From a cyanobacterium endosymbiont of Epithemia turgida isolate EtSB Lake Yunoko (GTDB lineage Bacteria; Cyanobacteriota; Cyanobacteriia; Cyanobacteriales; Microcystaceae): DNA of 32,000 bases. Position numbers and translations under genes: made by a program. Where the stretch lies: assembly GCF_000829235.1 (NCBI RefSeq), contig NZ_AP012549.1, positions 2,700,001 to 2,732,000 on the forward strand, in the 5' to 3' direction. Positions 1-8,220 of this stretch are shown in pieces. The notes beneath the pieces were generated by a model, which saw only the letters and a list, made by a program, of their open reading frames with translations, was not told the origin of the DNA and did not search any database. How positions within the stretch are numbered: position 1 is the stretch's first letter; each line of letters begins with the position of its first letter.

Positions 1-707
1 TTAGTATTAAGAGGCGGATAATCAATTAAACAGTTATTTTTAGGGGATTACAAAAATCTATTAACTATAGACAATATAAATATATTTATAGTAAAAAATT
101 TACAGATATTATCAATTTTTGGAAGATAGATATTGATATTTGAGCCAAAAATGTGAAAAATTTAGGGGTTTTAAAACATAACCTTAGTGAGTAAAAAAAC
201 AGAAGATGGTCCGTCATACAAAGTAAGAGACAGCTTTTGAAAGAAGTTTTCTATATAAGACACAACAGTAATTAAACCAGTCTTTCTCCGGTCAATTTAT
301 TGAACCTATAGGGTAATATTTTAAAATTAACTTCTTTTGAAAAAAAACTCTGTATCTACTTTTTTATTTTTATTACTTGAAGTTCAATAACTTTAGCATT
401 TATGATCTCAAGAAAAAACTCAGATTTATTATTAGGATGGGCAGGGAAATCGTACAATACAATTCGTTAATCCTTAACTGACAGATTAATTTAATTGTGT
501 TAAATAATGCGGTTTTACGGCTTTTTTAGCCTAAATGTGACAACAGCACAACAAAAAGAAGTTAAAAGTATAGTATCCCTTTGTAAGGATTATGTAAATC
601 TAGTTGATATGATGGCTTTGAAAGCTGTTCGCTACCAACCTAGTATACTGAGTCTAGAAGAGCTAATATTGTTTACAATAAATCATAGATGCATTACCCC
701 AAAAATC

Positions 708-1889
708 ATGAAGTACAGACGATTTGGACGGACTGAGTTGGAAATACCTATCTTTTCTTGTGGTGGAATGCGCTATCAATATAAATGGCAAGATTTTCCT
801 TTGAAAGATATTCCTGATGATAATCAACAAAACTTAGAAAAAACTATTTATCGTTCTTTGGAAGTAGGAATAAATCACATAGAAACAGCGCGATCTTACG
901 GTACATCTGAAGTACAATTAGGAAAAATTTTACCTAAATTACCTAGAGATAAATTAATTATTCAAACAAAAGTTATTCCAGAAGGAGGAGTGAAAGAATT
1001 TAGTAATAAGTTCAAGCAAGGACTCTCACTACTAAACTTAGACTATGTTGATTTATTAGGAATTCATGGAATTAATACTTTAGAAATACTCGAATCTTGT
1101 ATACGCTCAGGAGGCTATCTAGAGGAGGCCAGAAAATTACAAAAACAGGGAAAAATAAGATTTATTGGTTTTTCAACTCATGGCTCTACAGATGTTATTA
1201 TGAAAACGATTAATACTGATAATTTTGACTATGTTAATTTACATTGGTATTATATTAATCAAAATAATTGGCCAGCCATAAAAGCTGCGAGAGAACGTGA
1301 TATGGGGGTGTTTATTATTAGTCCTTCTGATAAAGGTGGTAAACTCTATGATCCTCCACAAAAGTTAGTGGAACTCTGTCAACCTTTAAGTCCTATTGTC
1401 TTTAATGATTTATTCTGTCTATCCTGTCCTCAAATCCATACATTAAGTTTAGGAGCCTCTTGTCCAAAGGATTTTGATGAACATTTAAAGACATTATCTT
1501 ATTTAGGTAATCCTAACGAAATATTAACCCCAGTTATTCAAAAGTTAGAGCAAGAATGTATTAAAGTTTTGGGAGAAAGTTGGTATAGAACCTGGCATAT
1601 TGGCTTGCCAAGTCAAGACCATACACCAGGAAATATTAATATCCCAGTAATTTTATGGCTGAGAAATTTAGCCCTTGCCTATGATATGATTGACTATGGA
1701 GTTATGCGATATAATTTGTTGGGAAATGGAGGACACTGGTTTCCAGGTAAGAATGCTGAAAGAGTCAAAGAATTTGATTTAAAACCTTGTTTAGTCAATA
1801 GTCCTCATCAAAACGAAATTCCTGAATTGCTAGTAGAAACTCATCAATTGTTAGGGGGAAAATTAGTACAACGTCTGTCTCAGGTGTAA
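708..1889 (+). CDS. aldo/keto reductase family oxidoreductase
   Basis: ORF track 507..1889. The AKR-like N-terminus starts at the internal Met (ATG 708): MKYRRFGRTELEIPIFSCGGMRY...GINHIETARSYGTSE. The 67 codons upstream are AT-rich read-through with no recognisable similarity. Confidence 0.8.
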   Translation: MKYRRFGRTELEIPIFSCGGMRYQYKWQDFPLKDIPDDNQQNLEKTIYRSLEVGINHIETARSYGTSEVQLGKILPKLPRDKLIIQTKVIPEGGVKEFSNKFKQGLSLLNLDYVDLLGIHGINTLEILESCIRSGGYLEEARKLQKQGKIRFIGFSTHGSTDVIMKTINTDNFDYVNLHWYYINQNNWPAIKAARERDMGVFIISPSDKGGKLYDPPQKLVELCQPLSPIVFNDLFCLSCPQIHTLSLGASCPKDFDEHLKTLSYLGNPNEILTPVIQKLEQECIKVLGESWYRTWHIGLPSQDHTPGNINIPVILWLRNLALAYDMIDYGVMRYNLLGNGGHWFPGKNAERVKEFDLKPCLVNSPHQNEIPELLVETHQLLGGKLVQRLSQV

Positions 1890-1934
1890 ACAATTTATAG
1901 TATTATTACACTTCGCTTTAACTAGTTAATAAAT

Positions 1935-2855
1935 ATGATGAATGCTCAAGAGCATCAACCGGTTCTATGGATGAACGAATATGTTACCCCTTGGGATCTT
2001 TATATTCATGGAATTAATCAGATTTTAGCTCATACAATTACTCCTTACCACGAGATGTATATTGTAGAAACAGGGGCTTATGGTAAAGCCCTTATTCTAG
2101 ATGGTAGATGGCAGTCTTGTAGCATAGATGAATTTATATACCACGAAGCCTTAGTTCACCCAGCTATGATATCTTATAAGCACCCGAGGAACGTACTTAT
2201 TTTAGGGGGAAGTGAAGGGGCAACATTGCGGGAAGTTTTGCGATGGAAAAATGTCAAAAAAGTATGGATGATTAATCCTGACGGAGAAGTAGTGGAAGCC
2301 TGTCGTCAAAACCTTGTAGAAATGCACCAAAATGCTTTTGACGATCCTCGTGTCGAGTTAACTATCGCTGATCCCCTACTAATATTGGAAATTACTTCTA
2401 AACAATGGGATATTATTATTTTTGACCTAATAGAACCTATCAATAAAAAAGTATCTTGTCCCTTATTTACCCAAGACTATTTTAAGAAATTAAAGCAGGT
2501 TTTAAGTCCTGGGGGATTTATGATAGTCCAAGCTGGGTCTATTGCTCCAGCAGAATTAGATATACATGTTTTTTTAATTAATACCTTGCGAACAGTATTC
2601 CCCTGGGTCAATTCTATTTCTAATTGTATCCCTACTAATGGTTCTTTTTGGGGATTTGCTCTTTGTTCAGAACATCCTGTCAATACAAAGCCTGATCCTA
2701 CAATAGTGGACCGACTATTAGCTGAAAAAACAACAGGGGGTTTACGTTTTATCGATGGAAAAACTTTATTAGGAATTTTTCAAACACCTACCTATGTTCG
2801 TCATGCGATCAAGACTCAAACTCGGATTTATGATAATTTTAGGAAAGTTACTTAA
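1935..2855 (+). CDS. speE: polyamine aminopropyltransferase (spermidine synthase-like, Thermus/cyanobacterial subtype)
   Basis: 306 aa ORF. Recognisable family blocks are LILGGSEGATLREVL, PDGEVVEACRQNL...AFDDPRV, DIIIFDLIEP and LSPGGFMIVQAG. It lies 45 nt downstream of the AKR gene on the same strand. Confidence 0.8.
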   Translation: MMNAQEHQPVLWMNEYVTPWDLYIHGINQILAHTITPYHEMYIVETGAYGKALILDGRWQSCSIDEFIYHEALVHPAMISYKHPRNVLILGGSEGATLREVLRWKNVKKVWMINPDGEVVEACRQNLVEMHQNAFDDPRVELTIADPLLILEITSKQWDIIIFDLIEPINKKVSCPLFTQDYFKKLKQVLSPGGFMIVQAGSIAPAELDIHVFLINTLRTVFPWVNSISNCIPTNGSFWGFALCSEHPVNTKPDPTIVDRLLAEKTTGGLRFIDGKTLLGIFQTPTYVRHAIKTQTRIYDNFRKVT

Positions 2856-2868
2856 GACTACTAAGTTT

Positions 2869-2893
2869 ATCTAGAAAATTATGTCTAGATTTT
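2869..2893 (+). terminator. possible weak intrinsic terminator after speE
   Basis: atctaga-aaattatg-tctagat gives a 7-bp stem followed by ttt, starting 14 nt after the speE stop. The stem is AT-rich and short. Confidence 0.3.
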
Positions 2894-3126
2894 AGTCTAG
2901 CTTGTAACAAAAAGAAGTACTTGAAAATTTTAATGATATATCTTTGGGTAGAAGATGTAAAGAAAAAATACAGTAATTAAAAACGGTTAATATCTACTGA
3001 GTTAAATATTATTAATTGTATTTTTTTATAGCAATTTATAGTATTATGATTAATAATCAAACAATAAGAAGAATACAAAACTACCTCGGATTAAGTATTA
3101 ACAAATTAGTAGCTAATAACTATTAG

Positions 3127-3182
3127 AATTTTTATTCTAAATGTATTTTTTGACTTTTAAAAATACATTTAGAATAAAAATT
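3127..3182. repeat. perfect inverted repeat, 24-bp arms, 8-nt spacer
   Basis: Left arm 3127-3150 is aatttttattctaaatgtattttt. Right arm 3159-3182, aaaaatacatttagaataaaaatt, is its exact reverse complement. Spacer is tgactttt. Confidence 0.95.
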
Positions 3183-3646
3183 AAGTTTGTGAGAATATAG
3201 GGAGTCTTACAAAGCAATACTTTTAACCTTTATGTATTATTGCGTTGTTACAGCTAGTCCAGAAAAGTTACTCTTGTTAGCTTTAGCCTTATTCTGGGGA
3301 ACAATTAAACCTTATCACCTAAATTATTAATCTTTTATTTAAATTTTAACGATAAATTTACAAAATTCGACTTTTATTGGTCATTAAAGTTGTGTGATAT
3401 TTTAGCCATAACTTAGTATTTCTTTTATTAGAAATATTAGCTATTTAAAATCATGGTCAACGATAGTAGATGTAGTTTATAAAAATAGTGTTAAATTTAG
3501 TGGGCAAATATATTACGAATTCCGTGGGAAAGTAGTTAAGATTATTAATCTTATTTTAATTGTAATTTATTCTTCTATTAGTCTATTAAAAAATACATTA
3601 TTCATACTTATTTTTAGTAAGAATGTAGAGATTATCCTAAGTTAGT

Positions 3647-3675
3647 ATTTTTTATCTACAAAGTAGATAAAAAAT
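3647..3675. repeat. perfect inverted repeat, 13-bp arms, 3-nt loop
   Basis: attttttatctac (3647-3659), aaa, gtagataaaaaat (3663-3675). The arms are exact reverse complements. Confidence 0.9.
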
Positions 3676-4037
3676 TTAAATATAATATTTTTTATCAAAA
3701 AATATCCTGATTAAAAAAGATATACCAGGAGAACCATTGCATCGAGATTTTAATATATTTATCAGCAATAAGTTAATTATTCGTAACATGAGAATGAGTA
3801 ATTTTTTAACAGAAATTATATGAGTATAATTTTCACTTTTATATAAAAAGATTTTTTTATTGATACTAGAAGAGAATCTGAACTAATCTATTAATTAGAT
3901 AGTCTCCCAGTTTTGAATGACTAGTTACATCGCAATTTTAATCAGACAGCTTTCTTAGTTTATAGAATCTTAAAGTCATTGTTTTCACCTTTTCGAAGAC
4001 CAGGTTTTCATACTCCTTAACTCGCTCACTATCTTAT

Positions 4038-5144
4038 TTATTCTCGTACTTTACGACTCTTACGCCAAGCCTGCCAGCCCACATATACCAACAAAAAGGT
4101 TGACCCCGTTGCAAAACCCCAACCACTAGGAATATTAGAAAATCCCAAGGCTAAACTTCCCACCCATAAGGTCAATGTATAGATAAACAATACCGTCAAA
4201 CGATGAGAAATTCCCGCATTAATCAAACGATGATGTAAATGACGTTTATCCGCACTAAAAGGAGATTTTCCCTGGCTTAAACGTGAAATAATAACCGCTG
4301 ACATATCCACAATAGGGACAGCTAATACCAGGAAAGGTAATAAAACTGCCGTTACTGCCACCGTCGTCACGGCTGCTATTTTTACCAACCCAATCACCCC
4401 TACTCCAGCAAGGGTAAATCCCATAAAATAAGCTCCACCATCCCCCATAAAAATTTGAGCGGGGTTAAAATTATAACGAAGAAATCCTAACGCCCCTCCA
4501 GCTAAGGCTGCTGCAATTAAAGCAGCAGCTGGTTGAGCCATAAATAGAGTTAACACTAACATCACCACTGCAGAAATTCCGCATCCTCCAGCTGCTAAAC
4601 CGTCTAATCCGTCAATCCAATTAATTGCATTGGCCATCCCCACTAACCAAATGACCGTTAGCAAAAGACTTAACCCATCGCTAATCTGAATTAAACCGCC
4701 AAAGGGAATAGAGAAGAAATCAATACGAACTCCTACTCCCCAAGCAGCACTGGCGACAACTGTTTGGATGATCAAACGGGCTAGAGGACTTAAATTAAAT
4801 AAGTCGTCAGCTAATCCAATCAGGAAAAAGCATACCCCTCCTAAGATCACTCCCCAGATTTCCCATTCTTTATTGGGAGGTAGCCAGCCAAACCCCCCTA
4901 ACCCCCAAACTACCAGCAACGCAGTAATAGTTCCAATGAAAATAGAAACTCCCCCTAAACGCACCATGGGACGTTCGTGCATCTTTCGCTCATTGGGTTT
5001 ATCCACATAACCCGTTTTTAAACCGATGTGATTGATGAGGGGAGTCATCCACCAAACGACAATCATAGCAATCAGGAAAGCAACAATATGGAATAATTCT
5101 GCTGGTGGGATGGGCATGAGTTTAGCTAACGCGCCGGGAGTCAC
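4038..5144 (-). CDS. glycosyltransferase family 4 polyprenyl-phosphate sugar-1-phosphate transferase (WecA/MraY family)
   Basis: 368 aa polytopic membrane ORF with KPNERKMHERPMVRLGGVSIF, NLSPLARL and NAINWIDGLDGLA blocks typical of WecA/Rfe-type transferases. GTG start at 5144, with an alternative ATG at 5117. It lies 73 nt downstream of glyA on the same strand. Confidence 0.8.
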   Translation of the reverse strand: MTPGALAKLMPIPPAELFHIVAFLIAMIVVWWMTPLINHIGLKTGYVDKPNERKMHERPMVRLGGVSIFIGTITALLVVWGLGGFGWLPPNKEWEIWGVILGGVCFFLIGLADDLFNLSPLARLIIQTVVASAAWGVGVRIDFFSIPFGGLIQISDGLSLLLTVIWLVGMANAINWIDGLDGLAAGGCGISAVVMLVLTLFMAQPAAALIAAALAGGALGFLRYNFNPAQIFMGDGGAYFMGFTLAGVGVIGLVKIAAVTTVAVTAVLLPFLVLAVPIVDMSAVIISRLSQGKSPFSADKRHLHHRLINAGISHRLTVLFIYTLTLWVGSLALGFSNIPSGWGFATGSTFLLVYVGWQAWRKSRKVRE

Positions 5145-5217
5145 ATCTGAAAAAGTTTACCCTACGTTACTCTATTTTCGTTAGGGGTGTAAATGACGTT
5201 AGGAATCGAAAGAGAAG

Positions 5218-6501
5218 TTAAGCTACAATGGAGACGGGCATAGTTAGATGGGGATATAATGGAAAGTGCTCGCACAGAGATTTAACCCGATATAAAGAGG
5301 TTTGTTTAACCTGTTCATCTCCTTGAGAAAGAAGATAATCAGCGATAATGTTGCCAATCTCTTTAAATTCTTCTTCCTTCATTCCCCGCGTTGTTAATGC
5401 AGGAGCTCCTAATCGTAATCCACTAGTGACAAAGGGCGATTGAGGATCAAAAGGAATAGTATTTTTGTTAGCAGTAATGTTAATCTCACTAACTAAACGA
5501 TCAGCTTCCTTCCCGGTCATTCCTACAGAGCGTAAATCCACTAATATTAAATGGTTATCTGTGCCGTTAGACACTAATTTAAACCCCCGTGTCATCAATT
5601 GATTTCCCAAGGTTTTGGCATTAGCAATAACTTGTCCTGAATAGGTTTTAAATTCAGGTTTAAGGGCTTCCCCAAAAGAGACACCCTTAGCAGCAATTAC
5701 GTGTTCCAATGGACCCCCTTGAATTCCTGGAAAGACTGCTTTGTCAAATCTTTTTCCTAGGTCAACATCACGGGTTAATATCAATCCTCCCCTAGGACCT
5801 CTGAGGGTTTTATGAGTGGTAGTCGTGACAACATCGCAATAAGGAATAGGGTTAGGATGATGTCCACTGGCCACTAATCCGGCAATGTGGGCGATATCAG
5901 CCATTAAGTAGGCTCCCACTTCATCTGCGATCACTCGAAACTTCTCAAAATCAATAATTCGAGGGTAGGCAGAATAGCCACATATAATCATTTTTGGATG
6001 GTTTTTAAGGGCTAATTCCCTAATTTGGTCATAATCAAGCTGTTCTGTATCCTGGTTAACTCCATAGTGGCATGTCTCAAACCATTTCCCAGAAACGTTA
6101 ACAGGAGAACCATGGGTTAAATGTCCTCCGTGAGATAAATCCATCCCCATAATAGTATCTCCAGGCTTGAGAAGAGCTAAAAAGACGGCGAAATTAGCTT
6201 GTGCTCCCGAATGAGGTTGAACATTAGCATGGGCTGCTCCAAATAACTTTTTAGCCCGATCAATGGCTAGCTGCTCTGCGCGATCCACAAATTCGCAGCC
6301 ACCATAGTATCGTTTTTTTGGTAGCCCTTCTGCATATTTATTGGTCAATACGGAACCTTGGACTGCTAAAACGGCTGGAGAAGTAAAATTTTCACTCGCA
6401 ATTAACTCCAGATGTTCCCGTTGACGTTGGAGTTCTAAGTGAATAATTTCAGCCATCATTGAATCACTTTGGGCTAAAAAATCTAAGTTAGTATTAGTCA
6501 C
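5218..6501 (-). CDS. glyA: serine hydroxymethyltransferase
   Basis: 427 aa, GTG start. Contains [29 protein letters not shown] and the [17 protein letters not shown]-lysine motif. Confidence 0.97.
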   Translation of the reverse strand: MTNTNLDFLAQSDSMMAEIIHLELQRQREHLELIASENFTSPAVLAVQGSVLTNKYAEGLPKKRYYGGCEFVDRAEQLAIDRAKKLFGAAHANVQPHSGAQANFAVFLALLKPGDTIMGMDLSHGGHLTHGSPVNVSGKWFETCHYGVNQDTEQLDYDQIRELALKNHPKMIICGYSAYPRIIDFEKFRVIADEVGAYLMADIAHIAGLVASGHHPNPIPYCDVVTTTTHKTLRGPRGGLILTRDVDLGKRFDKAVFPGIQGGPLEHVIAAKGVSFGEALKPEFKTYSGQVIANAKTLGNQLMTRGFKLVSNGTDNHLILVDLRSVGMTGKEADRLVSEINITANKNTIPFDPQSPFVTSGLRLGAPALTTRGMKEEEFKEIGNIIADYLLSQGDEQVKQTSLYRVKSLCEHFPLYPHLTMPVSIVA

Positions 6502-6765
6502 TTTTGCTTAATCCTTTTGAAATTGGAAAATAATATCCCAGAATCATCCATTATAGTAAATTTAAATTTGGCGGCAAACTAAGGCAGCAAAATTTTAAAA
6601 TACCTAGAAAAATTATGAAGATAGAGAATTTATAGCTATCCAAACGGCTAACACTCTTATTTACAGTTATCTAGAAATTCGTGAAAAAATAGTTAAGCTA
6701 TATGGCGATCTAAGAAATTGAGGTTAAGATTCACAATTTAATCTACTACAATATACTCAATATAA

Positions 6766-7002
6766 TTGAGGAGTGATGGGGTTTTTTATATGTTGGTTAT
6801 CCTAACTCAGGAAAGTGTTTTATCAGCTCAAACAGTATGTCAAGACTGCCTACTAGCGAATCATCAGGGATTACCTCGCTGGAAACAGGGAACACTCAGT
6901 TGTGGCTCTTCTGTTCATAAAAATTTTGAAAGTCATCAACCGAAACGTTATCAATGTCAGATGGGCTTTCAGCTTGCCGAGGTGGAAGAAATTTTAAGAT
7001 GA
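6766..7002 (+). CDS. hypothetical small four-Cys protein
   Basis: 78-codon ORF with TTG at 6766 and an in-frame ATG at 6790 that would give 70 aa. Cys pattern is CQDC...SCG...YQCQ. Composition is less AT-rich than the surrounding spacers. No family recognised. Confidence 0.35.
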   Translation: MRSDGVFYMLVILTQESVLSAQTVCQDCLLANHQGLPRWKQGTLSCGSSVHKNFESHQPKRYQCQMGFQLAEVEEILR

Positions 7003-7500
7003 TTAAATTCCAATCACATACTTGCGCCATTCGTGATTGAGATTTTCTCTAGTATACTTAACGAGTTCAAAATGTAAACTGCTATAAGGACGACGGGGAG
7101 TGCAGTGCAGGATCATGTTTGCTTCTCTTGGGGTGCGGTTTCCTTTTTTGACATTACAACGAACACAAGCAGCAACTAGATTTTCCCAAGTCTCTCTTCC
7201 ACCTCGTGAACGGGGAATAATATGATCGAGGGTTAATTGTTCTCCCCGATAGTTGCAATATTGACAGGTATGGCGATCGCGTTCAAGAATGTTGCGTCGA
7301 GTTAAGGGAATCTCTTTGTAGGGAATTCGGATATATTGGCGCAGTCGTATGACTGAAGGTATAGGAAAGTTACTATAAATTAGCCGTTCATTATGTTCTA
7401 ATTGCTCAGCTTTCCCCTTGATTAACAAGACAACTGCTCTTCGCCAACTAGTAATATTGAGCGGTTCGTAGGATGCATTCAACACTAGAACCTTGCCCAT
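7003..7500 (-). CDS. HNH endonuclease (small McrA-like, COG1403-type)
   Basis: 165 aa with the HNH/zinc pattern CQYC...LDHIIPRSRGG...WENLVAACVRCNVKKGNRTP. It contains the only perfect HIP1 octamer (GCGATCGC, 7273-7280) I found in the window. Confidence 0.85.
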   Translation of the reverse strand: MGKVLVLNASYEPLNITSWRRAVVLLIKGKAEQLEHNERLIYSNFPIPSVIRLRQYIRIPYKEIPLTRRNILERDRHTCQYCNYRGEQLTLDHIIPRSRGGRETWENLVAACVRCNVKKGNRTPREANMILHCTPRRPYSSLHFELVKYTRENLNHEWRKYVIGI

Positions 7501-7735
7501 GGGCTATCTAGGAATATCAGGTTAATTTACTCCGGATGCTAACATAAAGAGTGTCCCGCAGTAAACTACTTACCCTTTTTATTTTTGTAGGAATAAAAAA
7601 ACTGAAAGGTAAAAATATTACATAGCTGATGAATCACAGCACGGATAAAAAGTTACGAGTTTTCTATCTCAAGTTAACTTTTTGCCCAACCTATCCGGCA
7701 AAATCCGACCGCAGATAAACTTAACATTTCTGGGT

Positions 7736-8220
7736 TTATACATCTCCAAGATTGGTTAAAACTTCAGCATTATAAATGACCTGAATTACTCCTATAAATT
7801 TTTTCTGGAAAATTCCTTGACGATCAATTAAATAGGAATGACTTTAAGAAAATACCCTCAAAAACGACTGACATTTTTTACCGACTTCGCCTATTGTATT
7901 TGCGGATTAAGGAAATCCTCAAACTTTTTAATTAAGGAATCGAGCATAAAAATTGACACCATCTATACTAAATTTCAACATATAAATTTTTTACGCTAAT
8001 TTTCTATAAATTTTGCCAAAATAAATATTTTTATAAATATAATTGGCAGTACTCTCTTTAGAGTAGAAATACAAGACCTCTACTATCCTCGAACGTCTAA
8101 AAAAATTACCTTCTCATCCTCGCTATTGGTGTATGAACTAAAATTAGAAGCAGATTGTTCAGGAGTAAGTTGAGGTTCACCTAAACCTCAAGCCCAAAAT
8201 TGACAAAGACTCCAACTCAT
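7736..8220 (-). pseudogene. decayed thioredoxin-fold thiol:disulfide oxidoreductase (TlpA/ResA/redoxin-like) relic
   Basis: Hand translation of the minus strand gives three frame segments. 8220-8086: MSWSLCQFWA*GLGEPQLTPEQSASNFSSYTNSEDEKVIFLDVRG** then RSCISTLKRVLPI. 7962-7894: MVSIFMLDSLIKKFEDFLNPQIQ*. 7906-7739: SANTIGEVGKKCQSFLRVFS*SHSYLIDRQGIFQKKFIGVIQVIYNAEVLTNLGDV*. Order and motifs (AP.F substrate-side strand, degraded WCxxC region, P.SYLIDRQG C-terminal block) match the TlpA family. At least 4 in-frame stops and 2 frame changes. Confidence 0.5.

Noticed and set aside
507-707. N-terminal extensions given by the ORF track for the AKR gene (507), thiL (17666), the iscA-like gene (19528), rpsL (20064), folB (27400) and cysE (11027).
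   Set aside because: In each case the recognisable family N-terminus begins at a downstream start codon. The extensions are AT-rich read-through of upstream spacer.
2477-2683. Antisense or alternate-frame ORFs inside real genes: 2477..2683 (in speE), 4768..5010 (in the GT4 transferase), 18433..18666 (in thiL), 28819..29004 (in the 204-aa membrane protein gene).
   Set aside because: Each is fully nested in a gene with clear family motifs, and none has any recognisable motif of its own.
7273-7280. HIP1 (GCGATCGC) occurs only once in 32 kb by my manual scan. Several one-mismatch variants occur elsewhere, for example near 21685 and 27655.
   Set aside because: A manual scan of one window is too weak to claim erosion of HIP1. 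A genome-wide count against relatives is needed.
7003-7500. HNH endonuclease, and separately SbcC at 29674 onward, as parts of a defence island or novel immune system.
   Set aside because: The two genes are 22 kb apart and separated by core housekeeping genes. Each matches a widespread stand-alone housekeeping family, and no methylase, helicase, toxin or other partner genes are adjacent.
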